Positions 1 to 12,632 are shown, counted from the first letter of the stretch. The stretch is 64,000 bases of DNA from Eledone cirrhosa (GCA_964016885.1 OZ024740.1:364374001-364438000); one strand, 5' to 3'. The notes: a model not told the origin generated them from the letters alone. A program made the numbers and translations.

Positions 1-845
1 TCAATATCATTTCTAACTAACTAGCTGTTTTATATTTAATTTTCTTTTCAATCAACATTTTCCAAATTTTCAAACTTTCATTTTTAACATCTATTCTATT
101 CTGAAAATTAGATTATCGAAATATTTTTCTGATTAGAATAAGTTATTTGAAAACTGTATTCCAATAAGTTCTTTTAATTGTGTTATCCAAGAGTAATATA
201 TTGCAAATATAGAACATTGCCACCAATGTAAAACAAATGGCTTTATTCTCTTATAAAAGTAATTATTCCCCAGAGGAAACTTTTCTTTTTATTACAGCAG
301 CCTTTTCATAAACATTGTTTAATTGTACTGGGAGTTTTTAATTTCTCTGAGTTTTTCTTGATAATGGAATGCCTTGAAATGGCACCACTATTTCTACTGT
401 CCCAGTATGAATTTCTGTTTAATCCCATTCTTGCGATATTGCTAATGAAATACACCCACCACATGCTTCATTTAATCTTTAAAATAAGACTTACTAAGAT
501 TTCAGTAAAATATATATATATATATTTTTCATTTTATGATGTTTGGAGCATAACTTAAAAGGTTTCTGAGATAAATTTATGTTGGGGGGTTTTAATTTAA
601 CTCTTAACATCCTGTACCATGTCCAAATGCAGAGACAGGGCATGAATATCAAGGATTCAGTTGATAGATTGATAACTGATAACAATATTTTGCTTTTGAA
701 AATGTGTGCGATGCATAAGATTTGTTACTAATTGCATTTATTTTATTATTAATATTTTTACATCATATTTTGAATCCACCTGGTTTTTTTTTTTTTTAGA
801 TACTATGTCACAAATTAACAAACAGCATAATTTAACTGCATTATA

Positions 846-1072
846 TTAACCTGTTAGAATTTATATTACTCTGTATTTACTATTATATTTTCACAGTAAA
901 GGCTTTATCTTACATAATTATCTCATAATATCGAATCTATGAGATTTTTATATTATTTATTTTGAGAACAGTACCTTAACATCAGTATGAGTAGTAGATT
1001 ATGGCCGGTTTGAACAGAAAGAGGTGAGAGAATTTTGGCCGGATACGGCCAGTTTAAATGCTAAAGGGTTAA
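846..1072 (+). mobile_element. piggyBac-type MITE family 1 (~215 bp)
   Basis: Ends TTAAC(C)..TTAG(C)ATTTA and TAAATGCTAAAGGGTTAA, i.e. TTAA target plus CCC/GGG termini; the same internal sequence recurs at 3491, 33912, 48628, 49008, 53020 and 60819. Confidence 0.8.
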
Positions 1073-1659
1073 ATAGGAATGCATTTTTGTTTAATATTAT
1101 AAATTTTTACACTAGTCTGTCTGCAAGTAAAGATATTGTTAACATTTCAATTAAGAAGCTCATTATTTTTTACATTTTTTGCTAAATTATTACAGGATGT
1201 TAAGAGTTAGATATGAATACTTTAATACAATAATTTTTCTGTTATAAAACTAAGGTGGCCTCAGGCAGCTTCGGATCAAATGAGTTAAAGAACTGTATAG
1301 AATTTGATAATAATCTTATAAGAAAACTACATGGTATGAAATACGATGAGTATAAATAAGCCATAACATTAGAATTTATAAATTGAAAATTTGTATAGCT
1401 CTTGATTTTATGGTTGAAACTAAGTGCAAGATACATGTGATAGCATTTCATGAATCACTAGAAGTTTAAGTGAGACTTCCCTCCTCTCTCTGACTGATAA
1501 TATATTAGTGTAATTGTGTTTTGTGAATAGTACATTTGGTATATCCTGCAGTAAGACTGAACAACTGTTTTACATGTAGATTGCTGCTATATCACTGGGT
1601 TGTGGGTGGGTGGTCTTTGTTGTTTTTATCTACCCACAAGGTGATAAGCGAGTGATTGA

Positions 1660-1872
1660 ATTGGTAGATTGGCAGAATCAGTAAAGCGTCAGACACTGCT
1701 TTGCAGCATAGAGTTACGGCCCTTTGCATTCTGAATTCAAATCCTGCTGAAGTTAGCTTTGCTTTTCATTCTTACGAGGTCGATAAAATAAAGTACCAGT
1801 AATGCACTGGGGTAGATTTCATCAACTTATCCTCCCCTAAAGTTGCTGACCTTGTGCCTAAATCAGAAAACA
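1660..1872 (+). mobile_element. tRNA-derived SINE with Meta-like domain (long variant)
   Basis: B-box-like GAATTCAAATCC, then GCTTTTCATTCTTACGAGGTCGATAAAATAAAGTACCAG, then tail TTGCTGACCTTGTGCCTAAATCAGAAA; more than 12 related copies in the window. Confidence 0.75.
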
Positions 1873-1874
1873 TC

Positions 1875-2235
1875 ATCTTTTCAAGTTGGCATAGGTTGGA
1901 TGGGCTGCCGCAGTTTGATACTAGTTGTGTCGGGAAGATCAGATTCTGCACACATGTTCCATGTTTTAGCATGGTTTCTATGGCTGGATGCCCATTCCTA
2001 ATGCCATTCACCTAAGTGTACTGAGTCCATTTTATCATGACACCTCTACTGCTTTACAGGGTGTACTGGGTAGATTTTATCATGGCACCAGCACTACTGC
2101 TTTACAGGGTGTACTGGATGCATTTTATTGTGGCATCAGCACCATCATGGTACAGGGTGTGCTGGGTGCATTTTATTGTGATAACATCACTACAGCCACA
2201 CAAGGGGTACTGGGTCCATTTTATCAATGCACCAT
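1875..2235 (-). mobile_element. Degenerate RTE 3'UTR-like non-autonomous element with ~45-bp internal repeats
   Basis: Reverse complement contains AGGAATGGGCATCCAGCC and repeated CACCCAGTACACCCTGTAAA units like the RTE-A 3'UTR. Confidence 0.55.
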
Positions 2236-2409
2236 ATATGTATGTATAACTATCTTGCTCTTGAAAACATTTCAAGGCTACCTTGCCAGTGCGGATGAAG
2301 CCATCATTTATTGATACTACTAGTATTGTTAACCCTTCCATTACCATATTTCTAATGAAAGACACTATAGTTTTTAAAGAGTTTTAAAAATAATTAAGAA
2401 TTTAGGATT

Positions 2410-2972
2410 TCTGGAAAGGCAACTAAGCAATGACAGTTGGGAATGATAATCCCAATTTTCAAAAAGAGAGCTAAGAGAGATTGCAAGAGGGATCTCCTGG
2501 TTAAGCCTCCCTGGTAAAGTCTGTGCTAAGTGTCTGGCAAAGTGATGTAGGGAGATTGTCGAGTCTAAGCTACCTGATGAACAGTGAGGTTTTCACCCAG
2601 GATGCAGCACAACAAACCAAATATTCACACTGGCAGGTCTTTGAGAAATCATAGGGGTACTGCCAAGAGGTATATTCTTGCTTTGTGGACCTCGAAAATG
2701 CATATGACTATATTCCACAGGACCTGCTGCGGAAGGTTCTGCAGGGTTGATAGTCACTTTTTTCTTGCCCTCATGTCTCTATATGAATGCCTGAGTATTT
2801 GTGTTTGGAGAAATGGTGTTAAATCAAAACCATTTAATGTGGTCTCGCCTGGGGAACCAACTGGATCAGTTGGAAATGGTTGCTTCTGACAGGACCTGCT
2901 GGAATGAGTGTTAGCGAATTCTCCCCAATCGTGCTCCCAGGAATAAGTGGGTGAAGAAGAAGATGAAGAAGA
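2410..2972 (+). pseudogene. Decayed RTE (Expander/Rex3-like) RT fragment with (GAA)n tail
   Basis: Frameshifted remnants of RGIS..SLPGKV, GFSPG..TTNQIFTL and CFVDLENAYD; tail GAAGAAGAAGATGAAGAAG at about 2953-2972. Confidence 0.6.
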
Positions 2973-3490
2973 ATCAAGACTTTGGAGGGATTTAGAAATA
3001 TAACTAATTTTCTCATTATTAAGCTGGTATTTAGAACATAATTTAACAAAGGTTCTTGCATAACATGATAGAATGTTTTTAGAATAGGTACTCTGTATCT
3101 TTGCATGTCACAGATTGTGCCATGCTGAATTTCTCTGAGGATTATATTAAGGATACATATGGCTGTGGGATACTCAGCCACTTACATGTTAATTTCACAA
3201 GACATTCTGTTGATTGAACAATTAGAATATTCATCATTGAAAACTGCAGAGGTCTATTTAGTTTTTATTGTACATCATCATCATCAACATAAAATAAAAT
3301 GAAATGTACAGCTCAAACCCATGCTAGCGTGGAAGATAGACGTTAAACGATGATGATGATGATGAGCTCACACTTATGAAGGTTTAGCTGGCCTCCTACA
3401 AGGCTGTATCTTATTAGAGGTTTCACAGGTGTTTTAATAATAGGCTCTCTAGTCCTATCATGAAAAGCAATGTGAAATGAAGTTTCTTGT

Positions 3491-3693
3491 TTAACCCTTT
3501 AGCATTTACATTACTCCATATTTACTATTGTATTTTCATGGTAAAGGCTTTATCTCACATTGTATCGAATCTATGAGATTTTTATATTATTTATGTTGAG
3601 AACAATACCTTAACATCAGTATGAGCTGCTGGTTTGATCAGAAAGAGATGAGAGAAATTTGGCCGGATACAGCTGGTTTAAATGCTGGGTTAA
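3491..3693 (+). mobile_element. piggyBac-type MITE family 1
   Basis: TTAACCCTTTAGCATTTA ... TAAATGCTGGGTTAA; inserted into an older minus-strand SINE remnant. Confidence 0.8.
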
Positions 3694-4167
3694 AGAATAC
3701 AACATGCCATTCAGTTCAAGAATCGAGCCCATGACCTTATGAGCCCAATACCCTAATCACTAAACCACATATCTTAATACATATAACATTGAGAATTTGA
3801 AGTGTTCTCTTGATAGAAATAGAATGACAGATTTGACAATCTACCTCTACACTCTCCTTAAAACTAGCTAAGCCATCTCCAACACAGATTTATTGTTATT
3901 ATAAAGATTGTCAAAGGCATTATGTTATCCCCTGATTATTTAATGTTAAGTTGTCATAAGTTGACAATTGTACTCTTATTTATTCAACACCTAACCATAA
4001 AATTCAATATTTTTTCTTTTGATCATTTCATGTGCCACTCAGATCCAACACTCTAACTACTAGACCGCATATCTTCACTATATATATATATATATTTATA
4101 TATAGTAATAATAAATGTGAAGACTAAAATCCGAAGAGGGCTCGATACGGATTTTATATTTATATAT

Positions 4168-4673
4168 ATCATCATCATCATCATCATCATCATTTTACGT
4201 CCGCTTTCCCCTGCTTGCAAGGGTGGGACGGGTCATATTTTGCAAGGCATCTCTCCATTCGTCACGGTCCTTTGTCATCTCCTCCGTGAGCTTCAGCGAT
4301 CTGAGGTCTGCTCTCACCACCTCCGCCCATGTTTTTCGTGGTCTACCTCTACTGTGTCTTCCTTCCACTGGGATTTCTTGGCACTTCTTTAGCCAGCGGT
4401 CATCCTCCATGCGCATCACATGTCCATACCATCTCAGCCTTCTCTCCTGCACACCACAACTTATCCCTCTTATACCCAGTTTCTTTCTCAACTCGTCTAT
4501 GCTTGGTCGTTCACGCACATTGGCATTGCACATCCAACGGAGCATACTTGATTCATTTCTCTCCAGCCGTCGCATATCTTCTGCAGTTGCTGCCCATGTC
4601 TCACTACCATGCAGCATCGCGCATCTCACACAGGCATCATATAATCGTCCTTTCGTATGCTGGGAGAAACCCT
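4168..4673 (-). mobile_element. 5'-truncated RTE LINE, family B
   Basis: ORF 4195..4629 (MLHGSETW...RRLRWYGHVMRM...GRPRKTW) is highly similar to 44221..45123; (GAT)n tail; TA repeats on both sides. Confidence 0.9.
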
Positions 4674-5053
4674 AAACTTATATATAAATCCGTAGAGCAA
4701 ATATTTATAATAAGAACAGATTAAATTTTAAGCAAAGAATAAAATGAAAAAAAATCAATCTGTGGATGCAGAAGTAAATATTTCGAAAAAAGTTACAACT
4801 GCTGGCTCTTTAGTTAGTTGATAATTTAACCCTTAACTCCACTAGGTTTATGATTCTAAGCTGTTTATTTTAAAGTGTTTATATTTACATAAAAACTTCC
4901 ATCATAATTTTTATTTAAGACCCTTTATGGTGCAAACCCCACATAATGAGCAAGTTAGGTGTATTACTAAATCTCTTCAAATTCTTGATTATTTTTAAAA
5001 TGATTTCTAATTCATAGGGAGAGTAGTTGTTAGAAAATATTAATTGAAATAGA

Positions 5054-5240
5054 TTGGCAGTGGATTGGCAGTATTGGTAGAGGGTCAGACGCAATGCTTT
5101 CCGGCATAGTTACGTCCCTTTACGATCTGAGTTCAAATCCCGCCGAGGTTGACTTTGCCTTTCATCCTTACGGGGTCGATAAAATAAAGTACCAATAATG
5201 CACTGGGTAATTGCTGGCCTTGTGCCTAAAGTAGAAACAA
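5054..5240 (+). mobile_element. Meta-type tRNA SINE (short variant) with TSD
   Basis: GAGTTCAAATCC B box and Meta-like core; 15-bp direct repeat ATTAATTGAAATAGA at 5039-5053 and 5240-5254. Confidence 0.85.
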
Positions 5241-5407
5241 TTAATTGAAATAGAGTTTATTTCAGGAGAAATATGACCAGGAAATGGTTAAAAACCTTCA
5301 TTTCTTGAAAATTTTATTTTTGTTTCATACTATAAAAGTGTGGTCGCATGTGTGTGTAATATGTATGTGTTATTCCATTTAAATATCTATGGATGTTTTA
5401 ATAAAAA

Positions 5408-5681
5408 TAATTGTTTCTACTTTTGGCACAAGGCCAGCAATTACCAGTGCATTACTGGTACTTTATTTTATCGACCCCGTAAGGATGACAGGCAAATACA
5501 AATAATTGTTTCTACTTTAGGCACAAGGCCAGCAATTACCCAGTGCATTACTGGTACTTTATTTTATCGACCCCGTAAGGATGAAAGGCAAAGTCAACCT
5601 CGGCGGGATTTGAACTCAGATCGTAAAGGGACGTAACTATGCTGGAAAGCATGGCGTCCGACCCTCCACCGATACTGCCAA
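5408..5681 (-). mobile_element. Meta-type tRNA SINE plus a duplicated 3' half
   Basis: Reverse complement of the 5054 element at about 5502-5681; its 3' ~90 bp is repeated at 5408-5495. Confidence 0.8.
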
Positions 5682-6312
5682 AAATAATGTCAACTGATTA
5701 TTGTATTACTATGACAGGTAATTTTAGGAATATATGTTTGCCAATGTGGGTAACATTAGGTAAATAAGAAAAAATGTATAATTGTATTAATAAGAATAAT
5801 AAATATGCTATGTATATCTTGGTTTTTAGAATAGGTACATTGTATCCCTGCTGTCATTTGGCTGTGAAACATTGTCTCAAAACATTCTATAAAAACGATG
5901 ATGGTGATGAAATAAATGAATTCACCACACCTGTATTTTGTTAAAACAATTCATAATATTTCTCACACTCAAACACTACAAATATTGTATTAAAGACAGC
6001 AGTGATTTGAGAAGGTAGGGGTTTGGGGAGACGAATATATATTTTCATATGTTTACTCCATTTGTAAAAATGATAAAGAAAACAGTTTTGTACAAATAGT
6101 AAAGGCTATAAACCTCAGGTGACAATTACTGGTTGTATGCCTGCATGCAAATCAAGTAAAGCGTTCTTTGACTCTAACTCTTTCACTCTATGTCTGCCAC
6201 GTCGCTCAGCATGTATACTCCTTCAATCCTAATTTAACCCTTCTGATACCAGTCTGTTTGAAACACCCTTGGTTTATAATATGTTTTAAAGTGTCCACAC
6301 TAATAGTAAACT

Positions 6313-6585
6313 GAAGGTGCATGGAGGCTTGCAATTGGGAAGTTGCGAGTTCTATTCTTGGACCAGGTGATGCGTTGTAGGGAGAATGAGCAAGTCACTT
6401 TATTTCACGTTGCTCCAGTTTACTCAGCTGTAGAAATGAGTTGCGACGTCACTGGTGCCAAACTGTATCGACCATTGCTTTTCCCTGGTACGCATGGGTG
6501 ACTGCTGGTCTTCCATAAACAATCTTGCCTGGACTTGTGCATCGGAGGGAAACTTTCTAGGTGCAAGTTCTATGGTCATTTGTTT
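6313..6585 (+). mobile_element. tRNA/CORE-like SINE with an alternative tail
   Basis: GAGCAAGTCACTTTATTTCACGTTGCTCCAGTTTACTCAGCTGTAGAAATGAG is shared with the 9039 SINE, but the downstream sequence differs. Confidence 0.65.
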
Positions 6586-6736
6586 TAAATTTTTGTGTAA
6601 GAAATTTTTGTTGAGTAATGTTTCAAACATCAGTTAACAAATGAAAACTAAATTCCCCAAAGTTTTTAGTGTTTTCAAAATTTATTGGAACAAATTGGCA
6701 GTGTATTTTCTTAAGAAATATGGTTTACTCTCTCAA

Positions 6737-6737
<1 letters not shown>

Positions 6738-6814
<77 letters not shown>
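6738..6814. repeat. (CT)n microsatellite
   Basis: Seen directly. Confidence 0.95.
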
Positions 6815-6818
<4 letters not shown>

Positions 6819-7334
6819 CATATATGTATGTATATATATATATATATAGTGTGTGTGTCCGCTTTTCACGTGAAGATGCGTTCGTGAACGTGTTGCGTAA
6901 AGCAAATCTGCGTAATTCAAGTCTAATAATAATTTAACTCTACACTCAGGTAGAGACTGTCAGTGGAGTTAGAGAGAGAGAAATAATTGAATAAAAATGC
7001 AACTCTAATATATACTATACTATAGTATTATTTCTGATGATTTCAGCTTCCTGCATTCCATCACTCATGAACACGGCTCCAAGATACTTGAACATCTCTA
7101 CCTGCTTCAGTAGAACTCCATTCACATGTATATACATTTAAGGGACTTCTGTCCACCCGTCCATCACACAATGTGTATGTGTGTTTGTGTGAATGGATGT
7201 GTGTGTAAACGGAAGGAAAGGGTTACAGATACATATATATGTTTAACTTAAAAACAGTGACACACACACATCTCTAATTTAAGAATGCCGACAAACTCGC
7301 GTGCGCACATAGACACACTGTCCTATTACCACTT

Positions 7335-7790
7335 AAGAGCTTTGACCCAGGCAAACATCCCCTCAATTTTGGAACCATCTGGGTTGTCCTGAATCGATGG
7401 GAAAAGACTTGACAGTCTTACTCTGCTCTTTGTCAAGAGGCAGGTGCCTTACCTGGGACGTCAGAGTTAGTGACTCTTTTGCTTCTTCCCACATTCTGGA
7501 TGCAGCGGTAAGAGCAAGAGCTACAGCATCCGCAGCTGAACAGAACAAATTCCTAAAATACCGTGTTCTGTCAGCTAACTACATTATCCAGCCTGTGGCG
7601 TTTGAACGTTAGGGAGAGTCGGGCTACTGACAGCAAGATTCTTATCTTCACTGGCGGCTCGTCAAACAGAGGTAACTGGTGATGCTTGTGAGGGCACTTG
7701 GTTGTTCCAGCACTTCAGCATCACCATCACCCCAAGTAATGCTGCGAGCGTGCTGGCTTGCCTCAAAAATTATTAGAGAGGTTTCCCAGT
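7335..7790 (+). pseudogene. CRE-clade non-LTR retrotransposon 3' remnant (restriction-like endonuclease domain)
   Basis: Across frameshifts it reads LEPSGLS.IDGKRLDSLT / RGRCLTWDVRVSDSFASSH..AAEQNKFLKY..L...QPVAFE / FQHFSITI..NAASVL, matching the RPD...WD...K..KY...P...ET.G...NA pattern of CRE-type RLE domains. Confidence 0.7.
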
Positions 7791-7937
7791 GCTCCTCGCT
7801 ATATTGCTATCTTTTGCTCTGGTAGCGGCTCGTTTTCCCACTCTTTCGCCTGCATTTTTTTCTATGTGGTCTAAGATGTGTGTATTACGTGCTTGTGTAT
7901 TTTTTTCTTTCTTTTTCCTTTGTATATATTATATTGA

Positions 7938-8316
7938 ATTGGTAGTATCAGTAGAGGGTCGGATGCCATGATTTCCAGCATAGTTACGTCGCTTTACTGT
8001 CTGAGTTCAAATCCCGTTGAGGTTAACTTTGCCTTTCATCCTTACGTGGTCGATAAAATAAAGTACCAGTAATGCACTGGGATAATTGCTGGCCTTGTGC
8101 CAAAAGTAGAAACAATTATTAAAAGAGTGGTGGATTGGCAGTATCGGTAGAGGGTCGGATGCCATGCTTTGCAACATAAAGTTATGGCCCTTTACGATCT
8201 GAGTTTAACTCCCACCGAGGTTAACTTTGCTTTTCATCCTTACGAGGTCAATAAAATAAAGTACCAGTAATACACTGGGATAATTTCTGGCCTTGTGCCA
8301 AAAGTAGAAACAATTA
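7938..8316 (+). mobile_element. Two tandem Meta-type SINEs
   Basis: Copies at about 7938-8120 and 8127-8316, each ending in GTAGAAACAATTAT. Confidence 0.85.
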
Positions 8317-8974
8317 TATTTGTTAGTGTTTTTGTTCTGTAACTATTATATTAAATGAGTTAAAAAAAAAAAGAGTTAATAAATAAATAAAGAGTTAATG
8401 AATAAATAAAACATTATACTTGTTTTACCAATTCACATTTCTAATTCACCGAACGCTGCTATCATGACTGTATGTATGTGTTTGTGTAAATGTATGTGTG
8501 AATGTATGTATGTTTGGGTGAAAGTATGTGTGAATGTATGTCCGTGAGCATCTATTTTTATAAGTTTGTGTTTGCGCGATTATAGTTATATACTCATACA
8601 TATAGATGTATGTATGTGCACACTCATACGCGTCAGTGTGTAGAAAATCCTAATCTCTCTATCTCTATCATCACACACTCTCTCTTTCTATATATATGGT
8701 AGTTGAAGTGGTGGTGGTGGCGACGATATACCGGAAGTGTAGAAATATGAATGAAACTTTGAAAAGAAGTCAATTTTAAACTATTAATGTTTACGAAATT
8801 TAGTACATAAATTATGTAATATTCATTATTTATTCAAAGTAATCCAACTTATTTTACTAACTGGATTAAAAGAAATAAACCATATGCAGTCCCGCAGTCC
8901 TTACTTTATTATAGTTTAGAATTTTCAAGACGCGTTAAAACGAATCCACGCACTTCAAGTTTGCGTAAAAAGCG

Positions 8975-9013
<39 letters not shown>

Positions 9014-9038
9014 TGTGTGTGTGGATATATATATATAT

Positions 9039-9375
9039 GGAGGCACATGGCTTAGTAGTTAGAGCATTGGCCTTGCAATCGAAAGGTTGTGAGTTCAATT
9101 ATCAGACCGGGTGATGTTGTTTCCTTAAGCAAGACACTTTAATTCATTCACATTGCTCCAGTTTACTCAGCTGTAAAAATGAGATGATAGGACTGGGGTC
9201 CCTATCATTCCACTGCAAAGTGGTTGTGGAGGTGCCATGGCAAAAAAGCACCCAGCACTCACTGTAAATGAGGTTGGTGTCACGGAGGGCATCCAGCTGT
9301 AGAAATCAAGCCAGAATCAGTTCCCGTCCCACCCTTGGAAGCAGGGAAAAGCGGACGTAAAATGATGATGATGAT
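9039..9375 (+). mobile_element. tRNA/CORE-like SINE with RTE-derived tail
   Basis: A box TGGCTTAGTAG, B box GAGTTCAATTA, CORE-like CCTTAAGCAAGACACTT...CTCAGCTGTAAAAATG, RTE 3' end GCGGACGTAAAA(TGA)n; TA repeats on both sides. Confidence 0.85.
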
Positions 9376-10248
9376 ATATATATATATGATGTCAAATGTG
9401 ACATCTGACCAAGCCAATGAACACACTAGGTATTATATATTAAAGAATTAAGGAATATGATTGACTTTAGCTTACTTTTATTAGTTCAATTAGCTCTTGT
9501 TTAGGTGTTTATCACACCTATGCTTCTGCCTACGTACACATATACAATGTAGTTATATGAAAAAAGGTCTATATTTCTAACCTGGTAGTCTTCTAACACT
9601 TTTCTCATTTCATTTTTATTCCGTTCTTATTTTTGCTCTACTTAACGCATTTAACCTGAAACATCAGATCCTTTTCTTTCATTTACTGTAAATATTTTCA
9701 TTAAATACATCTATTACCTTTTTCTGCATATATTTTGACTACCACATCTACATTTTTCACCTTTTCTTTACCTGGTATTAATCTCTCTCTGTTCAATTGT
9801 CTACTTCTGCCTCCAGCTTATTTTCCTCGTACTATTTGTGGTGTTTATATATATATATATATATATATAAATATAATGACACTTTAATAATGGGAGAAAT
9901 AGATGTAGGTATAGTGGTTTTCTCACTACTGAATTCAGTATTGTTTATTGTTCAATGTATTATGTTTTCACCTGTTTGAACTAATAATAATAATAATAGT
10001 TCACTGCCAGCACCATTCATTAAAAATTGTTACCTCTGGCAGCTGTTTTATGAATCTCATTCTGTCTAGTATCATCTGTAATTACTGAAACCAGCTGAAT
10101 CTCTGAGACATTTTGTCTTTTGTTTTTGTTTTCTCTTCCTTCCATTCTGTCCTCTTGTTCCCCCCCCCCCCCATTGTGGGGTAATTTATAATTGTCACTT
10201 TCTCTACCTGATGATATTTATATATGTAATATATATATATATATAGAT

Positions 10249-10527
10249 GGAGGCACATGGCTTAGTGGTGAGAGCATTGGCCTTGCAATCGAAAGGTTGA
10301 GAGTTCAATTCTCAGACCGGGTGATGTGTTGTTTCCTTGAGCAAGACACTTTGTTTCATTCACATTGCTCCAGTTTACTCAGCTGTAGAAATGAGATGAT
10401 AGGGACTGGGGTCCCTATCATTCCACTGCAAAGTGGTTGTAGAGGTGCCACGGCAAAAAAGCACCCAGCACTCACTGTAAATGAGGTTGGTGTTAGGAAG
10501 GGCATCCAGCTGTAGAAATCAAGCCAG
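10249..10527 (+). mobile_element. tRNA/CORE SINE, 5' part, interrupted by a LINE
   Basis: Same family as 9039 and 12633; stops at AATCAAGCCAG and resumes at 12541. Confidence 0.85.
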
Positions 10528-12540
10528 ACCAGAAACAGGAGGTGTTCAATATTGTGAGGCAGTGTGTCAGAGAGGATTGTGATGTCATTGGAGAGAAGTG
10601 TATCCGGAATGATAAAGGTGAGCTTGCCCTCACAAGTGCTGAGAAGAAAGATGCATGGAAGAGCCATTATGATAGATTACTAAATGAGGAGAATGCATGG
10701 GAAGACGAGACCCAACCCCAAGTAGACCCTATAGAGGGGCCAGCAGTACAAGTCAGCAGCAGCGTAGTAAGTAAGGCAATCAAAGTTATGAAGATGGGGA
10801 AGGCAACCGGTCCATCGGGTATAGCTGCCGAGATGCTGAAGGCATCTGGGTCTGTAGGTCACACTATAACCACACGTATTGTTAACCAGGTAATACTAGA
10901 AGGTGTCATACCAAAAGATTGGTGCAGGAGCATCATTGTCAACTGCTACAAAGGTGATGCACTAGATAGAGGAAACTATAGAGGTATAAAGCTGATGCCC
11001 TTCTTTGTGAGGCAGTTACAGGAAAAGTACCTAGCTAAAAGTAAGCCACTCTACCTGGCATTCGTTGATCTCGAGAAAGCCTTTGACAGAGTTCCACGTG
11101 CTGTAATCTAGTGGGCTCTTAGAAAAGTAGGAGTAGATGAATGGCTTGTGAAAGCTGTACAAGCCATGTATAGTCAGCAAAGTTAGGATTAGCAATGAGT
11201 ATAGCGAGGAATTTAGCATACAGGTTGGTGTCCACCAGGGCTCTGTTCTTAGCCCTCTCCTGTTCATTATAGTCCTGCAGGCAATAACGGAGGAGTTTAA
11301 GACCGGATGCCAATGACCACGCACTTATAGCTGAATCTATGGTAGAACTAGAGAAGAAATTTCAAACTTGAAAGCAGGGACTAGAAAGAAAGGGTCTCAA
11401 AGTCAACATGACAAAGACTAAGGTCCTTGTAAGTAGATGAGAAAACAGAACCCAGATCCCCTCAGGGAAATGGCCTTGCTCAGTATGTAGGAAAGGTGTA
11501 GGTAGGAACTCCATTCTCTGCCCCAAATGCAAACAATGGGTACACAAGAGATGTAGCGGGATCTCAGGAAGCTTAATTAAGAATGTAGGCTTCACATGTA
11601 GCAAGCAGCAAACGACCACAGGAAACAAGTACCACCAATCTCTGGGAGGGCTCTGTAGAAACAGAGTTTCTAGGTGACCGAATTAGCAGCGGAGGTGGGT
11701 GTTCAGCAAGTACAATAACTAGGGTAAGAACGGGATGGAAGAAGTTCAGGGAACTACTGCCACTGCTAGCTGCAAAAGGCTTCTCCCTCAAAATGAAAGG
11801 CAGACTGTATGATGCGTGTATCCGAACAGCAATGTTACATGGTAGTGAGACCTGGGCGCTGAAGGTGGAAGACTTACGTAGATTAGAAAGAAACGAAGCC
11901 TGCATGCTCCGATGGATGTGTAATAGTAATATACGCGAACGGCAAAGTATAAATGAATTGAGAGAGAGACTGAGCATCAGAGGAATCAAATGCTGTGTGC
12001 AGGAGAGGTGGATGCATTGGTATGGACATGTGATGCGTATGAAGGATGACAGCTGCATAAAAAGGTGCAGAGCACTTGAAATCAATGGAAACCGTGGAGT
12101 GAGGAGACCCAAGAAGACCTGGGATGAGGTGATAGGGGCCGACCTTGCCCAGTTGCACCTCTCAAAGGCGATGACACACGACCGTGACCTCTGGCGTCAC
12201 GCAGTAATACAGAGTACCTGACCTCCCATGGGTACAAGCTGAAGCATATAGACAATATGCCCCCACACCCTCCCACTGCAAGGTGGTCGTGGAGGTGCCA
12301 CGGCAAAAAAGCACCCAGCCCACACTGTAAAGTACCGTGTAGGCACCACGAAAAAGCACCCAGCACTCACTGAAAATGGGGTTGGTGTTAGGAAGGGCAT
12401 CCAGCTGTAGAAATCAAGCCAAAATCAGTTCCTGTATGAGCAAGGCATGGTCAGCCGACCAGACACTGCTCACAATAGGACAACCCGTCTAACCCATGCT
12501 AGCATGGAAGAACGGACGTAAAACGGTGATGATGATGATG
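10528..12540 (+). mobile_element. 5'-truncated, disrupted RTE LINE, family A
   Basis: ORF pieces 10542..11111 and 11793..12221 are closely similar to the 16344..19463 protein; has stops, deletions and loss of YADD; complete 3'UTR and (GAT)n tail. Confidence 0.92.
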
Positions 12541-12621
12541 AATCAGATCCTGTCCCACCACCCTTGCAAGCAGGGAAAAGCGGACGTAAAAATGATGATG
12601 ATGATGACGACGACGACGACG
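12541..12621 (+). mobile_element. 3' remainder of the interrupted SINE
   Basis: AATCAGATCCTGTCCCACCACCCTTGCAAGCAGGGAAAAGCGGACGTAAAAA(TGA)n continues the SINE exactly where it stopped at 10527. Confidence 0.8.
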
Positions 12622-12632
12622 TATATATATAT

